IMG/VR virus record: IMGVR_UViG_3300045988_159816
Source: a virus
Direction: 5' to 3' (one strand)
Length of the DNA: 64,000 bases
Within the stretch, counting starts at the first letter, position 1. Every line of letters starts with the position of its first letter. The translations under genes were made by a program, and so were the position numbers. Below the pieces are notes generated by a model. That model worked only from the letters and a program-made list of their open reading frames with translations, did no database searches and was not told where the DNA came from. Of the stretch, positions 48,268 through 58,993 are shown piece by piece.

Positions 48268-50552
48268 TGGCACTGTTTAATTTTAAACCTCGTTCAACAA
48301 AAGCAACTGATGCTGAAATAGCGAGTAAGGCTAAATCTAAATTACCTGTTTTATCTTCTGGCGGTGTAAAATTAAAAGCAGGTAATTTAGCTAGTACCAT
48401 TACTTCCATAAAAGCAATGACCAATAGGTATTTTGCTGATAAAAAAGATATGTATCTTAATATTATGGAAGAAGATGTTTTAATAGGATTAATTGATAAA
48501 TTTATTGAAAATGGAATTGGAGCAATTGATACCGAAACAACAAGCCTTGATCCTATAACAACCACCTTAGCGGGTGTTTGTATATATACTCCTAACCATA
48601 AGGCGGGATATATTCCTATTAATCACATTAGTTATTTAACTGGAGTTAAGATTAAAGGTCAACTTACTCCCGAGTTTGTCCGAAGTCAATTACAAAGATT
48701 AAAAGATGCTAATGTAAAGATTGATATGTTTAACAGCGATTTCGATTGCCGTGTATTAAAACATACTTTAGGAATTATCTTGCCTTGTTGGTGGGACGGT
48801 TATATTGCACAGCGTTTGTTGGACGAAAATAATAAAGACAATGCTTTAAAACCTTTATGGGATAAGTATGTTAATAAAGGCAAAGACAAGTCCCATACAT
48901 TTAGTGAGTTATTTAAGGGAATACCATTTACAATGATTCCTTTAGATATAGCCTATTTATATGCTGCAAATGATCCGCAGATAACATATGAATTGGCAGA
49001 GTTTCAAAGACCATTTTTAACAGAAACATCACAAGTATGTCAGGAGTATGACCTCGCGGATGTAGCTAAATTATTCCACGAATTAGAAATGCCTTTAGTT
49101 CCTGTTGTTTCGGAAATGGAAGATACTGGTGTTGCATTTGATTTAGATGTACAACAGAAACTTTCCATCAAGTATAATAAGCTGGTTGAAGAAGCGAATA
49201 CAGAATTTAAAGAAACTTTAAAAATGTATGAATCTGAAATTGAAGCTTATAGAATTAAAAAAGGTTCTTCCTGTAAATTACCCGAAGAAATAAACGTAGC
49301 AAGTCCTGAACAGATTGCAATTTTATTGTACGATGTTTTAGAACTACCTCCTGCCAGTAAAAAAGAGCCGAGAGGTACAGGTGAAAAAATATTATTACAA
49401 TATGATAATGATTTGGTTAAAGCGATATTAAAATATCGTGGGGCGGCAAAGTTAGTATCTACTTATGTGGATAAATTTCCGAAAATTCTTAATCCGAAAA
49501 CAGGGCGTGTTCATGCACGGTTTAATCAATTAGGCACAGTAACAGGTCGGTTTTCAAGCAATGACCCTAATTTGCAAAACATTCCCAGCCACGCTAAAGA
49601 TATTCGTAAGATGTTCAAAGCTAGTGACGGCTATGTAATGTTATCTTGTGACTATTCCGCACAGGAGCCTAGACTCACTGTTCATTTGGCACAAGACCAA
49701 AAAGGTATTCAAGCCTACCTTGATGGAAAAGATTTATATGCCGAAATCGCTTCATTAGCGTTTGGAGTACCTTATGAAGAATGCTTAGAGTTCAGACCTG
49801 ATGGTACACATAATCCGGAAGGAAAGGACAGACGTGGCAGGGCAAAAGCAATATTATTAGGAATCAACTATGATAAAGGTGTTCCAGCTATTGCAGAGGA
49901 CTTGCGCATATCTAAAAAATTAGCACAAGAAATTTATGATGCTGTATTAAATGCCTTTCCGAAGTTAAGGGATTTCCGTGATGATAGTCGAAGCATGGCA
50001 AGGGAATTAGGATATGTTACAACTATATGGGGACGTAAAAGACGTTTACCCGATATGCAATTACCTGATTACGAGTTTTATTGGAAAGATGGTGTTGCTC
50101 GTGATTATGATCCTCTTGCAGATGATGAAGATGAAAACACAGAAGTTCCTGAAGAAACAGTAAACTATTATTGGAGTAAATTAGAGAGTTGTAAAAGTTT
50201 TAAGCAGGTTAAAGCTATAATTGCAGAAGCTAATAACGAAGGAATTAGAGTAGTTGATAATCGAATGAAAATTGCTGACGCCACTAGAATGTGTGTTAAT
50301 GCAAGGGTACAGGGCAGTGCGGCGGACTTAACTAAATTCGCAATGCTTAAAATTAGTAGATGTGAAGAGTTAAAACAGCTTGGCTTCCGTTTATTAATTC
50401 AAGTACATGATGAAATTATTGGTGAGTGTCCGGAAGAAAATAAAGATCGTGTTGCAGAGTTAATAAATGAATGTATGGTAAATGCAGTTAAATTATCTAT
50501 TCCTTTCAAATGTGATGTCGAAGTTACAAAATGCTGGTATGAAAACGAATAA
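48267..50552 (+). CDS. DNA polymerase I-like (family A) with a 3'-5' exonuclease
   Basis: Exo motifs DTETTSL and YAANDPQITYEL, motif B RRGRAKAILLGINYDKG, motif C VHDEII. Confidence 0.9.
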   Translation: MALFNFKPRSTKATDAEIASKAKSKLPVLSSGGVKLKAGNLASTITSIKAMTNRYFADKKDMYLNIMEEDVLIGLIDKFIENGIGAIDTETTSLDPITTTLAGVCIYTPNHKAGYIPINHISYLTGVKIKGQLTPEFVRSQLQRLKDANVKIDMFNSDFDCRVLKHTLGIILPCWWDGYIAQRLLDENNKDNALKPLWDKYVNKGKDKSHTFSELFKGIPFTMIPLDIAYLYAANDPQITYELAEFQRPFLTETSQVCQEYDLADVAKLFHELEMPLVPVVSEMEDTGVAFDLDVQQKLSIKYNKLVEEANTEFKETLKMYESEIEAYRIKKGSSCKLPEEINVASPEQIAILLYDVLELPPASKKEPRGTGEKILLQYDNDLVKAILKYRGAAKLVSTYVDKFPKILNPKTGRVHARFNQLGTVTGRFSSNDPNLQNIPSHAKDIRKMFKASDGYVMLSCDYSAQEPRLTVHLAQDQKGIQAYLDGKDLYAEIASLAFGVPYEECLEFRPDGTHNPEGKDRRGRAKAILLGINYDKGVPAIAEDLRISKKLAQEIYDAVLNAFPKLRDFRDDSRSMARELGYVTTIWGRKRRLPDMQLPDYEFYWKDGVARDYDPLADDEDENTEVPEETVNYYWSKLESCKSFKQVKAIIAEANNEGIRVVDNRMKIADATRMCVNARVQGSAADLTKFAMLKISRCEELKQLGFRLLIQVHDEIIGECPEENKDRVAELINECMVNAVKLSIPFKCDVEVTKCWYENE

Positions 50553-50649
50553 GACCATTAATAACCATTACGATTGAATCGTAATGGTTATTTTTATTGA
50601 CATTACTATAATAGTGTAGTATAATAGTAAATAGAAAAGGGGGTTTAAA

Positions 50650-51573
50650 ATGTTTGATTTATACTTCGCAGGTCAAGTAACAGACCATGTTGACAAATGT
50701 TTATTTGACATGGGAGCTAACCATCTATTTTCTTTTTTAAATGAAAGAAAAAATATTGATAGATGGATCAGGTGGGTCGATACCTATGGCAAAAGGGGAA
50801 AGTTATTTATTGATAGTGGTGCTTTTACAGCGTGGACTAAAGGTACTTATATCAACGTAGATGACTATATTTATTTCTTAAATGATAGGGTACAGTATAT
50901 TGACCTTTTTGGGCAGTTGGATTGTATTCCCGGAAACATCAGAAATAAACCAACACAGGCACAAGTAAATGATGCGGCTGTTAAAACTTGGAAAAACTTC
51001 ATTTATATGAGGGAGAGAGTGCTTAACAAAAAAGGTTTATTATTTACTTTTCATGTAGGTGAGCCTATATGGTGTCTGCGTAGAGCCTTAGAGTGGAAAG
51101 ACGAAAATGGGTTGCCATTGGACTATATTGCCCTCGGTGGTATGGTTGGTAAGCCTAAAGACGTACAAAAGAATTTTTTAGATTTATGTTTTGACATTAT
51201 TAAAAGTTCTAGTAATCCGAATGTCAAGGTTCATGCTTTTGGAATGACAGTAAGAAAGATATTACAGTCATTTCCAGTATTTTCAGCAGATAGTTCTTCA
51301 TGGATTCAAAGTGGTCACAATGGAGCTATTTATACTCCTTGGGGTACAGTTATTATTAGTGCTCAGCAAAAGGATAAAATAGTTCATCCTTTAAATGGTA
51401 GTGCGGTTGCTTTAGAAGACTTGAAAAATTATATTTCCAGTAAGAAGTTCGATTTTGAACAGCTTATGGAAGATTATGTTCAGCGTGATCTATGGAATGT
51501 TACATTCTTAATGGATTGGGCAAAAGATTATACCTATCATGGTGGAAAACTTATCAGGAGGCGATTATTTTGA
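50650..51573 (+). CDS. dpdA: DpdA-like DNA-guanine transglycosylase (TGT paralog)
   Basis: FIDSGAF resembles the TGT DSGGFQ motif. Adjacent to queC, queD, queE and folE. Confidence 0.55.
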   Translation: MFDLYFAGQVTDHVDKCLFDMGANHLFSFLNERKNIDRWIRWVDTYGKRGKLFIDSGAFTAWTKGTYINVDDYIYFLNDRVQYIDLFGQLDCIPGNIRNKPTQAQVNDAAVKTWKNFIYMRERVLNKKGLLFTFHVGEPIWCLRRALEWKDENGLPLDYIALGGMVGKPKDVQKNFLDLCFDIIKSSSNPNVKVHAFGMTVRKILQSFPVFSADSSSWIQSGHNGAIYTPWGTVIISAQQKDKIVHPLNGSAVALEDLKNYISSKKFDFEQLMEDYVQRDLWNVTFLMDWAKDYTYHGGKLIRRRLF

Positions 51574-52250
51574 AAGCAGTAGTATTATTAAGTGGTGGTG
51601 TAGATAGTGCCACTTGTTTAGCGATGGCAGTAAACAGTTATGGAAATGACGAGGTTACTGCCTTATCTATTCATTATGGTCAAAAACACGAAAAAGAAAT
51701 TGAGTGTGCAAGAAAGCTTGCTGAATATTATAAGGTAAAACACATTGAACATGATGTTAGTAGCGTAATGGATTTTAGTTCTTGTCCCTTATTGAAAGAT
51801 AGAGGAGAGATTGAACATAAAAGTTATGCTGAACAACTTAAAGAAAAAGGCGGGGAAGGAACTGTTGATACTTATGTCCCTTTTAGAAATGGCTTATTTT
51901 TAAGTGTAGCAACTGCTATTGCATTAAGTTTGTATGCAAGTGAGGTTTGGTATGGCGCACATTTAGATGATGCGGCAGGCAGAGCCTATCCGGATTGTAC
52001 AAGCGAATTTGTAGATAGTATGCGTCGAGCAATTCTTGAAGGTACAGCCTATCAGGTTACTTTAAGAGCTCCTTTGATTTTCTTTAATAAAGCGGGAGTT
52101 GTTGAAGCTGGTTTACGTTTAGATGTACCTTATCAATATACATGGTCTTGCTATGAAGGCGGGGATAAACCTTGTGGTGAGTGTGGTACTTGTTTAGACC
52201 GTCAGAAAGCTTTTGAATTAAATGGTGTTAAAGACCCTGCAATGAGGTAA
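51570..52250 (+). CDS. queC: 7-cyano-7-deazaguanine synthase
   Basis: N-terminal VVLLSGGVDSATC PP-loop. TTG start after CAGGAGG. Confidence 0.8.
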   Translation: MKAVVLLSGGVDSATCLAMAVNSYGNDEVTALSIHYGQKHEKEIECARKLAEYYKVKHIEHDVSSVMDFSSCPLLKDRGEIEHKSYAEQLKEKGGEGTVDTYVPFRNGLFLSVATAIALSLYASEVWYGAHLDDAAGRAYPDCTSEFVDSMRRAILEGTAYQVTLRAPLIFFNKAGVVEAGLRLDVPYQYTWSCYEGGDKPCGECGTCLDRQKAFELNGVKDPAMR

Positions 52251-52254
52251 TAAT

Positions 52255-52443
52255 ATGAACTGTTTAAAAGGTGAAATTATCAAAGAAATGGAAGCTAAAG
52301 CTAAAAGGGCTATTGACCAAAAAGAATATACAATGGGCAATGTTTTAGTCAATGCAGAACAGTTATTAAGCCTTATTTATGAAGTTAAAGTAAAAAGATA
52401 TCATAATCATATTAAACCAGGAGGAAAGAAATGTACACAGTAA
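52255..52443 (+). CDS. hypothetical small protein
   Basis: ORF. Confidence 0.4.
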   Translation: MNCLKGEIIKEMEAKAKRAIDQKEYTMGNVLVNAEQLLSLIYEVKVKRYHNHIKPGGKKCTQ

Positions 52444-52766
52444 TTAAAGATTTAGAAATTTCAGCTTGCCACAGATTAAATTTGAATTATGCAAGTAAAT
52501 GTACTCAAAGGCATGGTCACAACTGGCATATCAGAGTGATATGCGAAAGTAATGAATTAAACGAAAATGGTATGGTGGTTGATTTTACTCATATTAAACA
52601 ATTTATTTCAGATATGTTTGATCATCAAGATTTAAACGAAAAAATGGACGTAAATCCTACAGCAGAAAATATTGCAAAAATGATTTGTGATAATGTTGCA
52701 AATTGTGTTAGGGTAGAAGTTCAAGAAAGTGATGGTAATTTAGCTATTTATGACAAAACAAGATAA
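52431..52766 (+). CDS. queD: 6-carboxy-5,6,7,8-tetrahydropterin synthase
   Basis: CxxxHGH motif (CTQRHGHNWH). Confidence 0.8.
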   Translation: MYTVIKDLEISACHRLNLNYASKCTQRHGHNWHIRVICESNELNENGMVVDFTHIKQFISDMFDHQDLNEKMDVNPTAENIAKMICDNVANCVRVEVQESDGNLAIYDKTR

Positions 52767-53409
52767 AGTTTATAGTGTAAACGAAATATTTACAAGTATT
52801 GAAGGAGAAGGTATTCGTACTGGATTTCTTTCAACATTTGTCAGATTTAATGGTTGTAATTTAGCTTGCGGTTACTGCGATACAAAATATGCACAAGAAC
52901 CTCAAGAACCTAATATGTCATTGCATGATATTTTAGAAGCCGTTAGTCAATCGGGATGTGGTAGAGTTACCCTCACAGGCGGAGAACCTTTATTTAGAGG
53001 TTATATGCAGGAGTTAATTCAAGAATTATCATGGCTTAGTTATCATGTTAATATTGAAACTAATGGGTCAATCATTCTTCCAGATTGTGTAACATTACCC
53101 GGAGTTTTTGTCACAATGGATTGGAAATGTCCGAGTAGTGGTCAAAATGGTAGTATGAAATCAGAAAATTTAAAAAAATTAACTTTAGTAGATGTATTGA
53201 AATTTGTTGTTGCTACGGAAGAAGATTTAGCTGAATTTAAACGTATTTATGAACAAAATTTAGTTTGTACTTATGTGTTAAGCCCAGTATTCGGAGCAAT
53301 TGAGCCAAAAGCATTAGTTGAATTTATTAAAGAAAATAAAATGAATAATGCAATGGTACAAGTACAACTTCATAAAATTATTTGGGATCCGAATGAAAGA
53401 GGTGTCTAA
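52750..53409 (+). CDS. queE: 7-carboxy-7-deazaguanine synthase (radical SAM)
   Basis: CNLACGYC cluster. Confidence 0.85.
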   Translation: MTKQDKVYSVNEIFTSIEGEGIRTGFLSTFVRFNGCNLACGYCDTKYAQEPQEPNMSLHDILEAVSQSGCGRVTLTGGEPLFRGYMQELIQELSWLSYHVNIETNGSIILPDCVTLPGVFVTMDWKCPSSGQNGSMKSENLKKLTLVDVLKFVVATEEDLAEFKRIYEQNLVCTYVLSPVFGAIEPKALVEFIKENKMNNAMVQVQLHKIIWDPNERGV

Positions 53410-54004
53410 AGTGGAAGTAAATATTGATAAGGAGCAATCATTAAAGCTCCTTGAACAGGCTGGTACACTTATTTTGCAAGCGTTAAATAAAAATATAAAT
53501 GAACCAGGATTAATTGAAACTCCAAAAAGATTTGCTAAAATGATTATGGAACAATGCGAAGGCGAATTTGTTACAGACAAAGATATTATTAGAATGTTTG
53601 ATAAATGTTTCCCACAGGATTCTGAAGATATTGTTACCTGTTGCAATATCCCTGTATTTAGTCATTGCGAACATCATCTTGCATTAATGTATGACATGAC
53701 TGTAAGCATTGGTTATTATCCTAATGGAAAAGTGATTGGACTTTCTAAGATGGCTCGTATTGCAGATATGGTTTCAAAAAGACTTCAACTGCAAGAAAGA
53801 ATCGGAAATCAAATTAAATATATTTTATCCAATATTTTAGAAACAGAAAATGTTATTGTAGTTGTTAGTGGTAAACATTCTTGTATGACTGCAAGGGGAA
53901 TTAAAAAGCCAGAGGCGGGAACTGTAACTGTTCATACTTCAGGTAGATTTAAATATATTGATGAACAGGAAAAATTTATGGAAATTGTGAGGTTAAGTAA
54001 ATGA
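53393..54004 (+). CDS. folE: GTP cyclohydrolase I
   Basis: SHCEHH motif. Confidence 0.8.
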   Translation: MKEVSKVEVNIDKEQSLKLLEQAGTLILQALNKNINEPGLIETPKRFAKMIMEQCEGEFVTDKDIIRMFDKCFPQDSEDIVTCCNIPVFSHCEHHLALMYDMTVSIGYYPNGKVIGLSKMARIADMVSKRLQLQERIGNQIKYILSNILETENVIVVVSGKHSCMTARGIKKPEAGTVTVHTSGRFKYIDEQEKFMEIVRLSK

Positions 54005-55080
54005 AGATTGATATTATAACTACCGAATTAAAGGATATGGTTGCTCGAGCAATTAAAGGTGCAAGCTGTAATAAAATTCTTCCTTTAACGAATTATATGG
54101 GCTTTGAGGTTGTTGATAATACCCTGTATTTAAAAACTACTGACGGCTTGCATTATTTGACAGTATGTAAAGATAAAGTAAAATGTGAAGACTTTGCCTG
54201 TGTACTACCTGTGCAAACTTTTGCTAAATTAGTAAATAAAACCACCAGTGAACACATTATTTTAACTGTTAAAGACGGTGTACTTACCGTTAAAGGTAAT
54301 GGTTATTACCACATTGAGCTTGTACTGGACGAAAATGGGGATATATTGCAATTTCCGGATACGTCTATAGAAATACCTGAAGATATTAAGGCGGTAAAGG
54401 TTAAACAGCCAATTCTTCAGGCGGTTTTCGATATTTGTACAGCAAGTTTATCTAAAACAATGGAAAATGCAGTTTTAACAGGTTATTTCTTTGATAAGAA
54501 TGTAATTACTACAGACAGTATTAAACTTTGCGTTTATTCAGTCAATGTATTTAAAAGACCTGCACTGTTATCTGTAGAGATGCTTAAACTTGCAACTTTA
54601 ATTCCGGAAGAAGATATATCTGTTTATTTTGTTGATAACGATGTAATCTTTAAAACCGAAACAATGGAAATTGCAGGTGCACAATTAGAAGATATTGAAA
54701 CATATCCAGTTGAAGAACTTGAATCCTTTTTAGAAACAGAATTTCCTTCAAATTGTGTAGTAAATAAGGGGCTTGTACTTTCTGCCCTTGACCGTTTAAA
54801 TATCTTTGTATCTGAATATGATAAAAACACTATTAAATTAGTATTTACTAAAGATGGTATGAAAATTATTTCTAGACGTACTAAAGCCGAAGAAACTATT
54901 CCTTATATGGAGAGTGAAAGCTTTGAAGAGTTTGAATGTTTGGTAGACATTCAACAATTTAAAGACCAGTTAAACGCTTTAGCAACCGATTCTATCGACT
55001 TGTCTTATGGTTCTCCTCAAGCTATTAAGATTGTCGAAGGTAAGGTAGTACAAATTCTTTCTTTGGTTGATGAAGAATAA
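54001..55080 (+). CDS. DNA polymerase sliding clamp (beta-like)
   Basis: 359 aa, three-domain-sized, next to the clamp-loader genes. Confidence 0.55.
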   Translation: MKIDIITTELKDMVARAIKGASCNKILPLTNYMGFEVVDNTLYLKTTDGLHYLTVCKDKVKCEDFACVLPVQTFAKLVNKTTSEHIILTVKDGVLTVKGNGYYHIELVLDENGDILQFPDTSIEIPEDIKAVKVKQPILQAVFDICTASLSKTMENAVLTGYFFDKNVITTDSIKLCVYSVNVFKRPALLSVEMLKLATLIPEEDISVYFVDNDVIFKTETMEIAGAQLEDIETYPVEELESFLETEFPSNCVVNKGLVLSALDRLNIFVSEYDKNTIKLVFTKDGMKIISRRTKAEETIPYMESESFEEFECLVDIQQFKDQLNALATDSIDLSYGSPQAIKIVEGKVVQILSLVDEE

Positions 55081-55871
55081 TGGCTAAATCATCTTTAAAA
55101 AATTTACTTGCCATAGTAAATGAAACAAAGAAGCAAAGCCCTATTGCAGAATCCTTTTTGATGGACTTAATACAGTCCATCGAAAGGACTGCAAATAAGA
55201 ATGAGAAAAAACCTAGTCCTCATTATAAGCCCAGTAGTTTGAATTGTATTCGTAATATGTATTATCAAATTGTAGGTCAAGATATGGACGAAAGTATTAA
55301 AGAGGCTGTGCTTGTTGGTATTGGGGAAAGTGGTACGGATCGTCACGAACGTATCCAAAAAGCAATTATGCAAATGAAATCAAACGGTTTTGATTGCGAA
55401 TATTTAGATGTTGGGGAATATGTAGAAGAAAATGAAATTCCAGGATTGATTGTAAAAGGTAAAAGTGGAGTAGAAACACGACTTTTCAATGAACCATGGA
55501 ATTTAAGTTTTCTTTGTGATGGTATTATTAAATATAAAGGTCAATATTATATATTTGAATTTAAAACTGAAGTATCTAAGAAATTTTTAATGCGTAAAGA
55601 TGTTGATGAAGACCATAAAAAACAGGCAACAGCCTATGCTTTATCTTTAGGAATTGATAAAGTTTTATTTGTTTATGAATGTCGAGATAACTGTGATAAA
55701 AAATCTTATATGTTAGATGTAACAGATGACATGAAAAAGAATTTAATACAGTTAATTCAGGATTGCGATGATTATGTAGATGCTAATGTAGTCCCGCCTA
55801 AACCAAAAGATATTAAAACTAAAACTTGTCAATATTGTAAATATCGCCTAGCGTGCAGAAAGGACGTATAA
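55080..55871 (+). CDS. Cas4/RecB-like PD-(D/E)XK exonuclease with a Cys cluster
   Basis: D...EFK motif and a C-terminal CQYCKYRLAC. Confidence 0.6.
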   Translation: MAKSSLKNLLAIVNETKKQSPIAESFLMDLIQSIERTANKNEKKPSPHYKPSSLNCIRNMYYQIVGQDMDESIKEAVLVGIGESGTDRHERIQKAIMQMKSNGFDCEYLDVGEYVEENEIPGLIVKGKSGVETRLFNEPWNLSFLCDGIIKYKGQYYIFEFKTEVSKKFLMRKDVDEDHKKQATAYALSLGIDKVLFVYECRDNCDKKSYMLDVTDDMKKNLIQLIQDCDDYVDANVVPPKPKDIKTKTCQYCKYRLACRKDV

Positions 55872-55872
55872 T

Positions 55873-56358
55873 ATGCCTGTATCCCTCGGAAAAAAGTTTG
55901 AAGAACACTTTTCAACCCAACTTGAAGACGCTGCAATATGTTTTGATCGTTTTAAAGATGATACCGCAGGGTATAAAGGTATTCGTAATATATGCGACTT
56001 TTCTGTCTTTTTTAATGGGTATTTATTTTACATCGAATGTAAAAGTATACATGGCAAAACCTTTAATTATGCTAATTTAACTGATAATCAATACACTGGA
56101 TTATTAGATAAATGTGAATATGATAAAGTTATTGCAGGAGTTTTAATATGGTTTATAGACTGTGATGTTACGGTATTTGTTCCTATTTCTGTTATTAAAC
56201 AGCATAAGGAATTATTAAACTATAAATCGTTTAAAAGCTATGAAATTCCGGATATGTGTACTATTTTTGAAGGTAAAAAATTAAGAAAATTCTTTAAATA
56301 TGATATAGATAAAAATTTATCTACGATCATAAGAAAGGCTAATCAATATGGAAGTTGA
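55873..56358 (+). CDS. RecU-like Holliday junction resolvase (putative)
   Basis: PD-(D/E)XK-like CDFSV...IECKS. Confidence 0.45.
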   Translation: MPVSLGKKFEEHFSTQLEDAAICFDRFKDDTAGYKGIRNICDFSVFFNGYLFYIECKSIHGKTFNYANLTDNQYTGLLDKCEYDKVIAGVLIWFIDCDVTVFVPISVIKQHKELLNYKSFKSYEIPDMCTIFEGKKLRKFFKYDIDKNLSTIIRKANQYGS

Positions 56359-56869
56359 TAAATCATTCGTAAAAAGTAGAATGGAAGATATAACAACTCA
56401 GCAAAGGTATTTAACAAGATTTGTAAATCAGGTTGTTAGAGAAGCTTGTGGAGAACTTGATTCTTTGATGTCTACTATTAGAACAAGAATTAAGGATATC
56501 AATAATCCAATCACAGATATGGAGTTAGAACACTTTATATTGAACTTACCTGCATTGATGTATTATGCTTATGAATGTCAAGAAGCAATTGGTATTCGGG
56601 AAGACTTGGCAAAACAGGAAAAAACTCAAAAATATAATAACAGTTATATGTCAAATGATGGCAATATGCAGGAACGCAAACAACAGGCTGAATTGGATAT
56701 AATTACAGATTCTTTAGTATTGAATATTTATGTTCGTGCAAGACGGCAAATTCAGAATAAATTAGATACTTCAACAGAGATGTTGCAAAGTCTAAAGAAA
56801 ATAGCTACTCGTAGAATTAGTGAAAATAATTTTAATAATTTAACCAATTTACCATATAAGGAGGATTAA
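56348..56869 (+). CDS. hypothetical protein
   Basis: ORF. Confidence 0.45.
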   Translation: MEVDKSFVKSRMEDITTQQRYLTRFVNQVVREACGELDSLMSTIRTRIKDINNPITDMELEHFILNLPALMYYAYECQEAIGIREDLAKQEKTQKYNNSYMSNDGNMQERKQQAELDIITDSLVLNIYVRARRQIQNKLDTSTEMLQSLKKIATRRISENNFNNLTNLPYKED

Positions 56870-56870
56870 G

Positions 56871-57443
56871 ATGTATACAGCTGAAATATTTACTAGATAT
56901 ATCAATCAAATTAAAAGTCCGGAAGTAAAGAATATTGTTAAAAGAGGATTAGCAGAATGTCCTGAAGAATTTTATACAATGGCAGCGTCAACTACAGGTA
57001 AGTATCATCCTAAATTCGCTCTTGGTGAAGGTGGACTCATTCGTCATACGTTAGCGGCTTGTTGTTGGGCAGTAGATATGCTGGAAATGGAACAGTATGA
57101 AGAATTGAGAGCCTATAAAGACTTAATTTTAGCAGCTTTAATTCTTCATGACAGCGTTAAAAAGGGTACAGGCAAAAGTAAATATACCTTATTTGAACAT
57201 CCAATATTTGCGGCTGAAATGGTAGAAAGAATTAGTAAAGAACTGTATAATGAAACATTCAATGAAGTGTATAAAGAAAAAGGTCATTATATAGCTTGTT
57301 TAATTGCTAGTCATATGGGGCAATGGAATGTTAATCTTTATAGTAAAACAATATTACCAAAACCTAAAACTGCAACTCAAAAATTTGTTCATTTATGTGA
57401 CTATTTAGCTAGTCGAAAAGGTGATGTTGATGTCCAATATTGA
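56871..57443 (+). CDS. HD-domain phosphohydrolase
   Basis: H...HD...D pattern (KYHPKF...ILHDS). Confidence 0.65.
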   Translation: MYTAEIFTRYINQIKSPEVKNIVKRGLAECPEEFYTMAASTTGKYHPKFALGEGGLIRHTLAACCWAVDMLEMEQYEELRAYKDLILAALILHDSVKKGTGKSKYTLFEHPIFAAEMVERISKELYNETFNEVYKEKGHYIACLIASHMGQWNVNLYSKTILPKPKTATQKFVHLCDYLASRKGDVDVQY

Positions 57444-58581
57444 TGCTGTATTAAAAGAAATCAATAAAAAATTTAAAGCTGAACTTGTATTTCAAGGTAG
57501 GGCTGAATATGATGTTAAAGAAACAGAAAAGATTCAGTTTACAAGTTGCAGATTAAATTATATGCTCTATGGGGGCTTACCTCGTGGAAAACTGATTGAG
57601 TTTTCGGGAGAAGAAAATTCAGGCAAAACAACTACAGCTTTAGATGCTGTAGGAAATGCACAACAACAATTCATCAAAGAGTATAAAGAACAACTTGCAG
57701 AATTGGAAGAAATTCCAAAAAGAAATAAAGCAGAAGAAGAGGCTTATCGTAAATTAAAAGCAAGAGGAGCTTTAAAGGCTTTATTTGTAGATTGTGAAAA
57801 TACTTTAGATGAAGAGTGGGCAGAAAAGCTTGGTGTTGATGTAGATTCCTTGTATGTTGTAAAACCTACCAATCAAACGGCAGAACAAATCTTTGATATC
57901 ATTGAAAGTCTTGTTGAAACAGAAGAATTTGGAATCGTTGTCATTGATAGTTTTGCAGTTATGTTATCTCAAGATGAATATGACGAATCTGCTGAAAAAA
58001 GAACATATGGCGGTATATCCAAACCTCTAACGAAATTTACTAAAAAAATGATACAGTTGTGTAGTAGGTTAAATGTTACCTTAATTGGTATAAACCAGCT
58101 CAGGGACAAAATAAATAGTCCATATGGGGGGAAAGATACTCCCGGCGGCAGGGCTTGGAAACATAATGCAGTATTACGTTTATTTTTTAGCAAAGGAACA
58201 TATTTTGATGAAAATTTAAAAGATTTAACTCGTAATACGGAAGAACCAGCTGGTAATTATGTCATGATTAATATAGCTAAAACTAAAGTTTGTAAACCTG
58301 ATAGACGTGTTGGTTGCTATACATTAAATTATACATTCGGTATTGATTGGATAAATGATTTAGTTGAAATGGGACTTAAATTAGGTTATATTGATCAGGC
58401 TGGTGCATGGTTTAGATTTATTGATGAAGATGGCGTTATTATGTGTGATGAAAATGGTGATGATATTAAATTACAAGGTAAAGCCTCTGTAACTGCCTTT
58501 TTAGAAGATGAAGCAAATGCAGATATTTTGCAAGATTTTGACCAATTAATTAATAGTAAAATTTCAAGTAACGTTCGGTAA
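57421..58581 (+). CDS. RecA-family recombinase or ATPase
   Basis: Walker A GEENSGKT in a RecA-like core. Confidence 0.65.
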   Translation: MMLMSNIDAVLKEINKKFKAELVFQGRAEYDVKETEKIQFTSCRLNYMLYGGLPRGKLIEFSGEENSGKTTTALDAVGNAQQQFIKEYKEQLAELEEIPKRNKAEEEAYRKLKARGALKALFVDCENTLDEEWAEKLGVDVDSLYVVKPTNQTAEQIFDIIESLVETEEFGIVVIDSFAVMLSQDEYDESAEKRTYGGISKPLTKFTKKMIQLCSRLNVTLIGINQLRDKINSPYGGKDTPGGRAWKHNAVLRLFFSKGTYFDENLKDLTRNTEEPAGNYVMINIAKTKVCKPDRRVGCYTLNYTFGIDWINDLVEMGLKLGYIDQAGAWFRFIDEDGVIMCDENGDDIKLQGKASVTAFLEDEANADILQDFDQLINSKISSNVR

Positions 58582-58642
58582 AAGTAATTGTTGACAACTC
58601 CCTCTAAGTGTACTATAATAGTATCATAAGGAGGGAGTTGAT

Positions 58643-58993
58643 ATGGCATTATTTGACGTTAAAAAATTAGTAAAGAAAGACCCAACAGTTCCTGAAGATA
58701 TTAAAGCCCTTATCAAACGTAGAAGGTTGCAGCTTATTGTTCATAGCTGTATATATTACAGATTGAATAATAACCTTATAACTGATGCAACTTATGATAA
58801 ATGGGCGAGAGAACTTGCAAAACTTCATCAAAAGTATGGCGTAGTTAAAATTAATTGTTATGATGAATACTTCAATGATTGGGTATTTGCATTAGGTAAA
58901 ACCTATTCAGGATTTCAATTACCAATTAATAATTATGAAATAATTGCACTTGCAGGAGATCTGATATCTTATGAACACAAGAAAGTACAGTAA
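58643..58993 (+). CDS. hypothetical protein
   Basis: ORF with a GGAGGG RBS. Confidence 0.5.
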   Translation: MALFDVKKLVKKDPTVPEDIKALIKRRRLQLIVHSCIYYRLNNNLITDATYDKWARELAKLHQKYGVVKINCYDEYFNDWVFALGKTYSGFQLPINNYEIIALAGDLISYEHKKVQ

